This document shows positions 38,704 to 47,713 of a DNA stretch of 54,443 bases, one piece after another. Location: the IMG/VR virus record IMGVR_UViG_2579778982_000031, one strand, 5' to 3'. Source of the stretch: a virus. Taxonomy: Duplodnaviria; Heunggongvirae; Uroviricota; Caudoviricetes. The position numbers were made by a program, and so were the translations under genes. The notes under the pieces are model-generated. The model made no database searches. It saw only the letters and a program-made list of their open reading frames with translations, and was not told where the DNA came from. Positions within the stretch are counted from its first letter, which is position 1, and every line of letters starts with the position of its first letter.

Positions 38704-39771
38704 ATGCTAACCGTCCAGAAGAAGATATTTTCACTGGCTGGTATGTCGCCAAAATCCAGCAATATGACAGCAAAGTCTGGCATTAATACAGCATATACAA
38801 GCAAAGTTTATCATTTTCTGGTGGTAGGAGCGGATGCCTTAACTATGTCAGAAATTACGGTCGATGGTGTTAGCGTTGAGAAGGTCGGCGGCTGCGCCAG
38901 AGAATTTCTGGTCGTAGATGGCTTTCTCTGCTCGCGTAGTGACTCCACAAAAACCTTCGTCCACACGCGCGACGTTAACGAAATGAGCGCGATGTATTGT
39001 GCATCTGGTGCTTCCAATAGTGAGTTTTCGGAGTCCATAAAAAAGAGCTTGCCGTTATGCGGCAACACGGTTTATGGTTATAAGGCACCTCATAAAACGG
39101 GTGCCGGGATTGGCGTCCTGAAAATTCTGAAGGCGACATATGACGCGCCGAGCGTCTTTTTTTATGTCGTAGGTCTGACTCACCCATTTTTTGGGCGTTG
39201 GTGTATAATCCAGCGCCTTTGTCAATCAATGGTGGCTCAGGCGGGGGCTTCTTCGGAAGCGCCGGTATCCTTCAGAGCCGGTTACGCCAACCCTGTCTGG
39301 GCTACCACCAGCGAAATTGGCGTTTCCGGTGGTAGCGTAACCTGCTATCTGAAGGAGGCTGCCACATGCTGGCTACTACCCCTACCCAAAAACCGCAATT
39401 TATCTGGATTATCGCCGCAGTTCGCCGCGATTGCCCGACAATTACCGCCAAAATTCATCATATTGCTGCCGAGTCTGAACGCGATGCTCGCCGTTCTCTG
39501 GTGCGCGATCACGTCTGCTTTTTTGCTGGTCGTATCCGCATGGAGGTGGCACATGATTAAAACCTACGATGTGCATATGGATCCCCTCGAACGCACAAGC
39601 CAGATCATCACACTGACAGAAGTGATTAACGACATTCTGGTGAGCAACTCTCCCTCACGAGACGAAAGACTGAAGGCGTTACTCGCGATATTGGATCTCG
39701 CCGTTCGTGACGTTCATTTCCTGCTGGAAGGTGGCGAAATGCCAGGAAAAACGGGGGCAACCAATGAATAA
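38704..39771 (+). CDS. Hypothetical protein; gene structure ambiguous
   Basis: 355-aa ORF whose middle looks non-protein-like; a 64-aa ORF (39366-39560, RBS AGGAGG) in another frame and a 72-aa in-frame C-terminal ORF from 39553 (RBS GGAGGT) may be the real genes. Confidence 0.3.
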   Translation: MLTVQKKIFSLAGMSPKSSNMTAKSGINTAYTSKVYHFLVVGADALTMSEITVDGVSVEKVGGCAREFLVVDGFLCSRSDSTKTFVHTRDVNEMSAMYCASGASNSEFSESIKKSLPLCGNTVYGYKAPHKTGAGIGVLKILKATYDAPSVFFYVVGLTHPFFGRWCIIQRLCQSMVAQAGASSEAPVSFRAGYANPVWATTSEIGVSGGSVTCYLKEAATCWLLPLPKNRNLSGLSPQFAAIARQLPPKFIILLPSLNAMLAVLWCAITSAFLLVVSAWRWHMIKTYDVHMDPLERTSQIITLTEVINDILVSNSPSRDERLKALLAILDLAVRDVHFLLEGGEMPGKTGATNE

Positions 39772-39958
39772 CTCAATTAATGCCCCTCGACTTACGTCCG
39801 CACTTCAATTAATCGAGCAAGCAGCGGCTGTCCTGGTTGCTGTCAGTCTTTCGGCTGAAGAAATGGACGCTGCTGATGTCGTGGATGCGATTAAAGCGTG
39901 CTCATCTTTGGTTAACGATGCCCGTGCAGAGCTGGTAATTCTTGGGGGTGAAAAATGA
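39764..39958 (+). CDS. Hypothetical small protein
   Basis: 64-aa ORF from an internal ATG; part of a run of coupled small genes. Confidence 0.35.
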   Translation: MNNSINAPRLTSALQLIEQAAAVLVAVSLSAEEMDAADVVDAIKACSSLVNDARAELVILGGEK

Positions 39959-40218
39959 ATATCAACTTAATTTATCGTCATCCGTGTGAGCTGGAAATTG
40001 AATCATTGCTGGGGCGTGAAGAGCCATATCCAGACACATTCACTCCCGCAGATTGCGCGACTGAACGGCTTACCAGAGCGCGCACAGGTCTGGTTCATGT
40101 GATGAATGAGATTATTCCCTCGGTGGGAGGGGAACAGGCGACAGTAATCAATAGCTGGCTACAAAAAGTTACCTCCCTGATAGATATCAGTTTAATCGAT
40201 GTGGAGAGTGCGAAATGA
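39955..40218 (+). CDS. Hypothetical small protein
   Basis: 87-aa ORF, ATGA-coupled. Confidence 0.4.
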   Translation: MNINLIYRHPCELEIESLLGREEPYPDTFTPADCATERLTRARTGLVHVMNEIIPSVGGEQATVINSWLQKVTSLIDISLIDVESAK

Positions 40219-40436
40219 CCAACATCCAGCTCATTGAAGCGCAATGTCGCATCGAACAGGTTCAGACTGTTTTAGGGTTCTGGCTTGAAGGGGCCAGCCC
40301 CAGCAACAGAGACAAGTTAATGATTGGCGCGGTTATGTCACTGCTCAATGGCGTACCAGAAGCTATTCAGGAAGCAGACGAATTGTTGGGCAAATATGAG
40401 TTACAGAATCATTCAGGCGAGGCGAAACATGAATAA
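40215..40436 (+). CDS. Hypothetical small protein
   Basis: 73-aa ORF, ATGA-coupled. Confidence 0.4.
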   Translation: MTNIQLIEAQCRIEQVQTVLGFWLEGASPSNRDKLMIGAVMSLLNGVPEAIQEADELLGKYELQNHSGEAKHE

Positions 40437-41031
40437 TTTCTTAACCTTCCATGCAGAAGCAACGCCTGACGGCGTAAACATCATGTACCGCAGCAACGAT
40501 GGCATGACAGAACGCGTTGAGGCCGTTTCATATATTGATGCCGTAAATCGTCTGGATGCCGGGGATTATGACGATAAACCAGATGAAGGTATGTCAATAC
40601 ATCTTGCTATTGCCGATGGCGGCAACCAGGGATATTTCGATTACACATCACAGCATAACGTCATTATGTGGAGATGGCTGATCGCAACAGTATTCATGCT
40701 GGAAATGAGAGAGGAAAACGGCACTGTCAGCATCATTGATGATACTGGCAATCCTTCCGAAGTGGCTGTTTATTCCAACGGCATCGTCGCCATGCCGCTG
40801 TATCCAGTAGCAGAGCGCCTCGCTATGGCAAACAACATTGAGGGCGCGATGATAGAACGTTTTGGCATCGAGTCTGGCACAGAACGCGCCATCATTTTCT
40901 ACAGAGCCATGATGGATGTGGAACAAGGAGCACTGACTCCATTTGGTCGTGAAACGCTTGCTGAACTTCACAACAGCTTTATAGCTGAACTGAATGAAAA
41001 CGGCATGCCAGCGGAACCAGTGACGCACTGA
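40429..41031 (+). CDS. Hypothetical protein
   Basis: 200 aa from the ATG at 40429, overlapping the previous stop. Confidence 0.45.
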   Translation: MNNFLTFHAEATPDGVNIMYRSNDGMTERVEAVSYIDAVNRLDAGDYDDKPDEGMSIHLAIADGGNQGYFDYTSQHNVIMWRWLIATVFMLEMREENGTVSIIDDTGNPSEVAVYSNGIVAMPLYPVAERLAMANNIEGAMIERFGIESGTERAIIFYRAMMDVEQGALTPFGRETLAELHNSFIAELNENGMPAEPVTH

Positions 41032-41041
41032 GGATGGAGCC

Positions 41042-41383
41042 ATGATTACTAAAAATTTCCGACTGAATGCGCTGGCAAATAAGTATGCGTCGGCACTGTA
41101 TAACCACATTACCTCCACCAGCGGCGGGGACTATTTCATGGTTCATGCGGACGACAAGGCCGTACGTGTGGAAATCGTCAATGGAGTAAAAGGCGTTCGC
41201 AGCCTGATCGATAGCTACACACTGGCTGCCATGAAAGTGTTCTACCCGCAGTGGGAAACCGTGGGGATCGAGCTTCTTGATCGTTGCGTCACTAAGGACG
41301 GATTGACTGACGTCGGGCGTGAGATATGGCAAAGCATGGTTAATGACATGGGCGCAACTGTAGCGGGAGGTTCTCATGCGTGA
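41042..41383 (+). CDS. Hypothetical protein
   Basis: 113-aa ORF in the small-gene operon before the primase. Confidence 0.45.
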   Translation: MITKNFRLNALANKYASALYNHITSTSGGDYFMVHADDKAVRVEIVNGVKGVRSLIDSYTLAAMKVFYPQWETVGIELLDRCVTKDGLTDVGREIWQSMVNDMGATVAGGSHA

Positions 41384-41747
41384 AAATGCAGAAATGGCGC
41401 TTAGCTCCGCAATCGGAGAGCAGGTGGCAAAGATTGCTGGTGCTGTGTGGATTCATAACCTTCATTCTACTGGTGAAGAGAAAATGGCAATTCAGACGCC
41501 AGAGGGACGCACCATTACTACATCTCTGAAGCCGTCAGATGTTTGTGATCTGATTTGCGCATTCATGTACCCAGCAATGAGGACTGTCCACGGCGATAAG
41601 TGGAAACTTGCGACAACCGCTGAATTTGATATGTGGCTAAACAATGATGGCATGCTGACTGATTACGGAATAACCAAGTGGCAGATGCTGGTTAGCCATA
41701 TCGCAAACGCTATAGACCACGTGGGGTACGGTGATGCGAAACATTGA
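41376..41747 (+). CDS. Hypothetical protein
   Basis: 123-aa ORF overlapping the primase start. Confidence 0.45.
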   Translation: MRENAEMALSSAIGEQVAKIAGAVWIHNLHSTGEEKMAIQTPEGRTITTSLKPSDVCDLICAFMYPAMRTVHGDKWKLATTAEFDMWLNNDGMLTDYGITKWQMLVSHIANAIDHVGYGDAKH

Positions 41748-44490
41748 TCTTATCCGTCAGGTTATCAGTGCGTCTGAAAACAACTGGCCTCATGTGCTGG
41801 GCTGCCTGAACATAAATGTCCCTGACTCTCCGCGCCGTCATGCTCCCTGCCCTGCATGTGGGGGCAAAGATCGATTCCGGTTCGATGACAACGGGCGCGG
41901 TAGCTTCATCTGTAATCAGTGCGGCGCTGGTGATGGGCTGGATTTAATTAAACGCGTAAATAACTGCGACACAACAGAGGCGGCGCTTCTTGCCGCTGAT
42001 GTTCTGGGTATTGATTACCGGACAACGGAAACACCAGAAGCCACCAGCCAGAAACGGGAACAACTGGAAACCGAGCGCCAGCGACGCGAACAGGAGCGCC
42101 TGAAAAGGGCAGAGAAGGACGAACAACAAAGACGGGATACGTTTTCCCGTCAGTTTGATGACATGCGCAGAAAGGCTGTAAACGGCAAATCTGATTATCT
42201 GGTTGCGAAAGGGGTAGGTGATTTTACATTCCCCGTGTTGCCCGATGGATCTCTGTTGCTGGCGCTGGTGGATAAATCCGGCGCAGTCACAGCAGCACAG
42301 ACTATTACCTCACATGGTGAAAAAAGACTCCTGACAGGTTCAGCAAAGCGGGGGGCATATCACGCCATAAACGCACCAGAAACAACACAGAGCATCTTAA
42401 TCGCAGAAGGGCTGGCAACGGCATTATCTGCCCATTTAATTCGTCCAGAGGCGCTGACAGTGGCGGCGATTGATGCCGGGAACCTGTTATATGTCGCCCA
42501 GGTACTGCGGGATAAATATCCATCAGCACAAATCATCATTGCTGCGGATAACGACCACAGCGAAGGAAGACAAAACACGGGGAGAATAGCAGCAGAAAAA
42601 GCAGCTTTATCTGTTTCTGGATGGGTGGCATTACCCCCGACAGATCACAAAGCAGACTGGAATGATTACCACCAAAAACACGGCATTAAATGCGCCACAG
42701 AAGCGTTCAATAAGTCAATGTACCAACCACAGGGTAATGGCGTGAAACAGGAGCCACAGACCATTGAGGGAAGCGATTTTAAGGTTATGGATACCGACCC
42801 ACTGAAACCAAGAATAGAAAGCCGCGAGGATGGTATTTATTGGGTATCTCCGAGAGCTGACAGCCAGAGTGGAGAAATCATCAATAACGAAAGCTGGTTA
42901 TGTTCTCCGTTAAGCGTTATCGGTACTGGCAGAGACGATAAAGACCAGTATCTCATTCTTCGCTGGCTGTCGTTTGGTTCTGAAACGCCGACAACCGCTG
43001 CCATTCCACTGGCTGATATTGGTGAACGTGAAGGATGGCGCACACTTAAAGCTGGTGGGGTAAATGTCACGACCAAAAGCAGCCTCAGAGCAATACTGGC
43101 AGACTGGCTACAACGCAGTGGCTCTCGTGAATTGTGGCGTGTTGCTCATGCCACTGGCTGGCAATGCGGAGCGTACATCATGCCTGATGGGGAAATCATC
43201 GGAACACCTGAAAATCCTGTGCTGTTCAGCGGGAGAAGCTCAGCCGCAGCCGGATATACCGTCTCAGGGAGCGCGAAAAGCTGGCGTGATAACGTGGCGC
43301 GTCTGGCCTTTGGTAACTATTCAATGATGACCGGGATCGGCGCAGCACTGGCAGCGCCATTGATTGGGCTGGTGGGCGCTGACGGGTTCGGCATTCATTT
43401 CTATGAGCAGTCGAGCGCAGGTAAGACCACCACGGCAAACGTGGCGAGCAGCTTATACGGCAACCCTGATTTACTGCGGCTGACGTGGTACGGAACCGCG
43501 CTGGGGCTGGCAAATGAAGCCGCCGCCCACAATGACGGACTAATGCCGCTTGATGAAGTTGGTCAGGGCGCTGATCCTGTCAGTGTTTCACAGTCTGCCT
43601 ATGCGTTATTTAACGGTGTAGGGAAACTGCAAGGCGCTAAAGATGGTGGAAACCGGGATCTAAAACGCTGGCGTACAGTGGCAATCAGCACTGGAGAAAT
43701 GGATTTAGAAACATTTATCGCTACTTCCGGGCGAAAAACCAAAGCCGGGCAACTGGTGCGACTGCTGAATATTCCGTTGAGTAAAGCAGTACGCTTTCAC
43801 GATTACCAGAACGGAAAACAGCACGCAGACGCACTGAAAGACGCTTACCAGCATCACCACGGCGCAGCCGGGCGTGAGTGGATTAAATGGCTGGCAGACC
43901 ACCAGCAACAGGCAATTAAAACTGTTCGTGACTGCGAAAGCAGATGGAGAAGTCTGATCCCATCCGATTATGGTGAGCAGGTTCACCGTGTAGCCGCGCG
44001 ATTTGCCATTCTGGAGGCCGCATTGCTGTTAGGCGAGGTTGTAACAGGCTGGGATGCTCAGACATGCCGTGATGCGATACAGCACAGCTATAACGCATGG
44101 TTGCGCGAGTTCGGCACAGGTAACAAAGAACATCAGCAGATTATTGAACAAACGGAGGCATTTCTTAATGCCTATGGGCTTAGCCGTTTTGCACCATTTC
44201 CATACAGCCCGGCAGATTTGCCCATCAAAGATTTGGCCGGATACCGTCAGCGTGGAGAACATGACGAAAGCCCAATGATTTTCTACACATTCCCGGCCAC
44301 ATTTGAAAAGGAGATCGCATGTGGTTTCAACGCAAAACAGTTTGCTGAAGTGTTGAAAAAAGCCGGGATGCTAACCCCACCAAACAGCGGTCGTGGATAC
44401 CAAAGAAAATCACCACGTATTCAGGGACGACAAATAAACGTTTATGTACTCAATTACCAGCCAGGAGATTATAACTCATCTGAAGAATGA
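41734..44490 (+). CDS. Primase-helicase (P4 alpha-like; zinc ribbon + TOPRIM + P-loop NTPase)
   Basis: Zinc ribbon CPACGG...CNQCG; TOPRIM-like ILIAEGLATA and AADNDH; Walker A GIHFYEQSSAGKTTTAN; followed directly by an iteron array. Confidence 0.8.
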   Translation: MRNIDLIRQVISASENNWPHVLGCLNINVPDSPRRHAPCPACGGKDRFRFDDNGRGSFICNQCGAGDGLDLIKRVNNCDTTEAALLAADVLGIDYRTTETPEATSQKREQLETERQRREQERLKRAEKDEQQRRDTFSRQFDDMRRKAVNGKSDYLVAKGVGDFTFPVLPDGSLLLALVDKSGAVTAAQTITSHGEKRLLTGSAKRGAYHAINAPETTQSILIAEGLATALSAHLIRPEALTVAAIDAGNLLYVAQVLRDKYPSAQIIIAADNDHSEGRQNTGRIAAEKAALSVSGWVALPPTDHKADWNDYHQKHGIKCATEAFNKSMYQPQGNGVKQEPQTIEGSDFKVMDTDPLKPRIESREDGIYWVSPRADSQSGEIINNESWLCSPLSVIGTGRDDKDQYLILRWLSFGSETPTTAAIPLADIGEREGWRTLKAGGVNVTTKSSLRAILADWLQRSGSRELWRVAHATGWQCGAYIMPDGEIIGTPENPVLFSGRSSAAAGYTVSGSAKSWRDNVARLAFGNYSMMTGIGAALAAPLIGLVGADGFGIHFYEQSSAGKTTTANVASSLYGNPDLLRLTWYGTALGLANEAAAHNDGLMPLDEVGQGADPVSVSQSAYALFNGVGKLQGAKDGGNRDLKRWRTVAISTGEMDLETFIATSGRKTKAGQLVRLLNIPLSKAVRFHDYQNGKQHADALKDAYQHHHGAAGREWIKWLADHQQQAIKTVRDCESRWRSLIPSDYGEQVHRVAARFAILEAALLLGEVVTGWDAQTCRDAIQHSYNAWLREFGTGNKEHQQIIEQTEAFLNAYGLSRFAPFPYSPADLPIKDLAGYRQRGEHDESPMIFYTFPATFEKEIACGFNAKQFAEVLKKAGMLTPPNSGRGYQRKSPRIQGRQINVYVLNYQPGDYNSSEE

Positions 44491-44513
44491 GCTTCTTCAT
44501 GTGCGTAGAAAAG

Positions 44514-44640
44514 GTGTTGGTTCAGTTGGTTCAGTTGGTTCAGTTGGTTCAATTTGTAAAGAGTATTGTTTTATAAGGATTTTATTCTTTTTATTGAACC
44601 AACACTGAACCAACAACACGGTATTTTGAACCAACACAAT
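44514..44640. repeat. Iteron array, candidate replication origin of the satellite-like element
   Basis: Four tandem GTTGGTTCA, an AT-rich spacer, then three inverted TGAACCAAC copies; immediately downstream of the primase-helicase. Confidence 0.6.
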
Positions 44641-44955
44641 GTGACTGAATTGATGCGCACAACACCTGGCTGGCATCAGAGAGTGTTTTACGAGACTTTC
44701 GTAAAATCCTGTGTACAAGGGCGTGACGTTTTTGAAAGTGAGCACTACGAAATTTTCGTAGTTCAAAAAACAGCCTCTGAGAAGTTGTTATGCCTGTTCA
44801 GCAAACCATCCGCATAGCTGATCGCGAATCAAATTACCAATGGAGCCAGAAGCAAGGGCAGAACTGAAAAGTGCCTGCCGTGAAGAGTAATGCGACACCA
44901 TAAATATAGTTTTTAGAGTCCATAAAAAACCAGTCAAAACCTGACACACAGAACG

Positions 44956-44988
44956 ATGCCACCAGCTACTGAGCGGTGGCATTTTTTT
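44956..44988 (+). terminator. Rho-independent terminator
   Basis: 8-bp stem ATGCCACC/GGTGGCAT with ~10-nt loop followed by TTTTTTT. Confidence 0.5.
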
Positions 44989-45083
44989 GTGCTATTTGTT
45001 TCATATTTTGCAATTACGATGATGAATATTGCGATTTATGAAACTATAATAACTGTTGTTTTATACAGTTCTAAGGGGGCGTT

Positions 45084-45245
45084 ATGGCTATTTCAGTAAA
45101 GCCGGTATTGATAAGTGAGAAGCAAATGGAAGCGATAAAGAAAATTCAGGAAGAGCAGCGTAAAAAATCAGGAATTGGAGTAGCGCCAACTCTGCATGAA
45201 ATTGCTCGAGGGTTAATAGATAAGGCGCTGGCAGGCTGTATGTGA
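45084..45245 (+). CDS. Small putative DNA-binding protein
   Basis: 53-aa ORF not in the supplied track; AAGGGGG RBS 5 nt before the ATG; lysine-rich helical composition. Speculative. Confidence 0.3.
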   Translation: MAISVKPVLISEKQMEAIKKIQEEQRKKSGIGVAPTLHEIARGLIDKALAGCM

Positions 45246-45261
45246 AAATGGATGGCATCGC

Positions 45262-45723
45262 ATGGAACTAAAATTTATTGATAACCCTGTGCGATTACAG
45301 GCCTTTCTTAACGATCCTGGCAATACCGAAAATATTGTTGAGCCGGGGCACACGTACTACATCAAGCCTGATGCGGTATATCTCGGCATCTACGAAGGAT
45401 TGGTGCTGGCTGGCGTTCATGAAGTGCGTAACTTCTGGCATAGCGTTGTTGAATGCCATGCGGTGTATGACCCCGGATTCCGTGGTGAATATGCACTGCA
45501 AGGGCATCGACTATTCTGCAAATGGCTTCTCGAAAACTCACCATTCCTTAACAGCATCACTATGGTTCCTGACACCACGAAATACGGACGGGCAATTATC
45601 CGTTTGCTTGGCGCTACCCGTGTTGGTCACCTTGATGATGCTTATATCAGATGTGGTAAACCCGTCGGCGTAACGCTTTATCAGTTAACTCGGCAACAAT
45701 ATAAGGAATTCAGCGAATGTTAA
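45262..45723 (+). CDS. Hypothetical protein (first gene of cargo cassette)
   Basis: 153 aa, start overlapped by the next gene; no motif recognised. Confidence 0.45.
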   Translation: MELKFIDNPVRLQAFLNDPGNTENIVEPGHTYYIKPDAVYLGIYEGLVLAGVHEVRNFWHSVVECHAVYDPGFRGEYALQGHRLFCKWLLENSPFLNSITMVPDTTKYGRAIIRLLGATRVGHLDDAYIRCGKPVGVTLYQLTRQQYKEFSEC

Positions 45724-46394
45724 TTACCCATATAGCTCATAAACATCTCAATCGTGCCGTATACGAAAAAGGCGGTGATGGTGGTGCCTCTAAAGCTCAG
45801 GCGAAGGCCCAGCAGCAGGCAATTGATTTGCAGCGCGAGCAGTGGAATACGGTGATGAATAATCTCAAGCCGTATGCAGAAGTCGGATTGCCTGCTTTAC
45901 AACAACTACAAGGACTGATGACTCTGGAAGGGCAGAATAAAGCCGCGAATGATTTCTTTGGTTCTGGTTTATATAAAACACAGGCAGATCAGGCCCGTTA
46001 TCAGAACCTTGTCTCAGCAGAAGCTACCGGGGGGCTTGGCTCAACAGCTACCAGTAACCAGTTATCTTCCATTGCGCCCATGCTTTATAACAATTGGCTT
46101 AGTGGGCAAATGCAAAATTATGGAAACCTGCTAAATGTCGGGATGAATGCGGCATCAGGGCAGGCAACGGCAGGGCAAAACTACGCCAATAATACCGGAC
46201 AACTCTTGCAGGGGCTTGGCGCTATTCGTGCAGGTCAGGCGCAGCAGCCATCCAGTCTTGCGCGTGGTATTGGTGGGGCAGCATCAGGCGCTTTAGCGGG
46301 TGCGCAACTTGGTTCCGTTGTTCCTGGAATAGGTACTGCGGCAGGCGCTATTGGTGGTGGGCTTATTGGTCTTGTTGGGGGGCTTGGATTCTAA
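45717..46394 (+). CDS. Hypothetical Gly/Ala/Gln-rich protein with hydrophobic glycine-zipper C-terminus
   Basis: 225 aa; C-terminal GIGTAAGAIGGGLIGLVGGLGF; coupled to flanking genes. Confidence 0.45.
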   Translation: MLITHIAHKHLNRAVYEKGGDGGASKAQAKAQQQAIDLQREQWNTVMNNLKPYAEVGLPALQQLQGLMTLEGQNKAANDFFGSGLYKTQADQARYQNLVSAEATGGLGSTATSNQLSSIAPMLYNNWLSGQMQNYGNLLNVGMNAASGQATAGQNYANNTGQLLQGLGAIRAGQAQQPSSLARGIGGAASGALAGAQLGSVVPGIGTAAGAIGGGLIGLVGGLGF

Positions 46395-47713
46395 TGGCGA
46401 CATGGCAACTTGGCGGGCTGCCTAGCATGGCACCGCAAAATGATAATGCTCCTCGTTCTTCCGTTCCTCAGCCTGTGCAGTATCAGCAGCAGCCAAACGT
46501 AGGTTTAATGGCGCTACAGGGGCTAAGAGGCGTTGCTGAGATTAATCAGCAGGCGCAAATTTCCCAGCAGCTAAAAGAATATCAGGCACAGTTGGGTAGT
46601 GCGGTAGCTAATAATGATCGTGTTGGCGTGCAGAAGTTAATGGCCCAGTATCCCCAGTTTATGGCTGATTCTCAAAAACAGATGGGATTCATTGATGCTG
46701 AGCAAAATCGGCAGACCGCTGACGCTGCCATGAATCTGCGTCTTGCGTCACAAACTGGAGATCCACTGACCATGCAGAAGGCCATTCAGCAGGCAAATCC
46801 AGTATTACAGCGATTTGGTCTTCCTGCTGAAGAGGTTTATCAGTCTTGGCAGAATGACCCACAGGAATTCAACAGAATCACTGACCTCATCCACCTCCAT
46901 GCTGATCCAAATAGTTACTTTAGTGTTCAAGAGAAGCAGCAAGGGCAGAGTATTGCACAGCAGAACGCAGATACATCTGCATATAATGCTCAGGTTAATG
47001 CGGAACAGGGTAATCGGCGTCTCGATATGGAGCAGTTCAAAGTCCTATCCGATAACCAGCTACGCACGAGAGAAATGGTTCTGAAAGCACGACTTGGACG
47101 TGCTCAAAATGACATCGAGAGAGACAAGCTCAATGCTGAACTGAGCAAGGTACAGCAGGCGAAAGTGGAGAAGATGAACGATAAAATTAATACTGTTGCA
47201 GGTAACATCGACTCCTTGAACTCTGCGCTTGAAGTGGGTCATGAACTGGCGGGAATTGTAGGGAAACATCCTTCGGCCGTTACCCGTTCGCAGAACTATA
47301 ACCCCCTGACGCTGGGGTTTGGATTCCTTCCTGATGTAGCAGAAGACACACGAAGCCTACGCGCCAAAGCTGATGAATACAACCTAAAGGTTATTCTGCC
47401 TAGCCTCAAAGGGACTTTTGGCTCTAACCCAACCGAAGGGGAAAGGGCTGCCCTTATGCAATCTCAAAATGGCATTAAGTCAGCAACCAGCAATGAGGCA
47501 TTTTTGCGAGAGTTGAATAAAGCGCAGGACGTAATTATTCGAATGCAGAAACGACAGATTGCCGGGCTCGGTATTCCTGTAACCAAATCTAAGGACGAAG
47601 AAACTGATACTAAAATGCTGTTGCAGGATCCTTCTCTGGTTAAGGATTATGTGACCGCACATGGCTATCTGCCGGAAAGTTACTATCAGGCAAAACTTAA
47701 GGGATGGCAATGA
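46394..47713 (+). CDS. Hypothetical Gln-rich coiled-coil protein
   Basis: 439 aa, strongly helical and Gln/Ala-rich; ATG overlaps the previous stop. Confidence 0.45.
   Translation: MATWQLGGLPSMAPQNDNAPRSSVPQPVQYQQQPNVGLMALQGLRGVAEINQQAQISQQLKEYQAQLGSAVANNDRVGVQKLMAQYPQFMADSQKQMGFIDAEQNRQTADAAMNLRLASQTGDPLTMQKAIQQANPVLQRFGLPAEEVYQSWQNDPQEFNRITDLIHLHADPNSYFSVQEKQQGQSIAQQNADTSAYNAQVNAEQGNRRLDMEQFKVLSDNQLRTREMVLKARLGRAQNDIERDKLNAELSKVQQAKVEKMNDKINTVAGNIDSLNSALEVGHELAGIVGKHPSAVTRSQNYNPLTLGFGFLPDVAEDTRSLRAKADEYNLKVILPSLKGTFGSNPTEGERAALMQSQNGIKSATSNEAFLRELNKAQDVIIRMQKRQIAGLGIPVTKSKDEETDTKMLLQDPSLVKDYVTAHGYLPESYYQAKLKGWQ

Noticed and set aside
44514-44640. Possible CRISPR array suggested by tandem GTTGGTTCA repeats
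   Set aside because: Repeats are only 9 bp and directly abutting with no spacers, and sit next to a primase-helicase; this is an iteron origin, not CRISPR.
44566-44817. 83-aa ORF overlapping the iteron region
   Set aside because: Starts inside the origin repeats and has no RBS; more likely non-coding leader.
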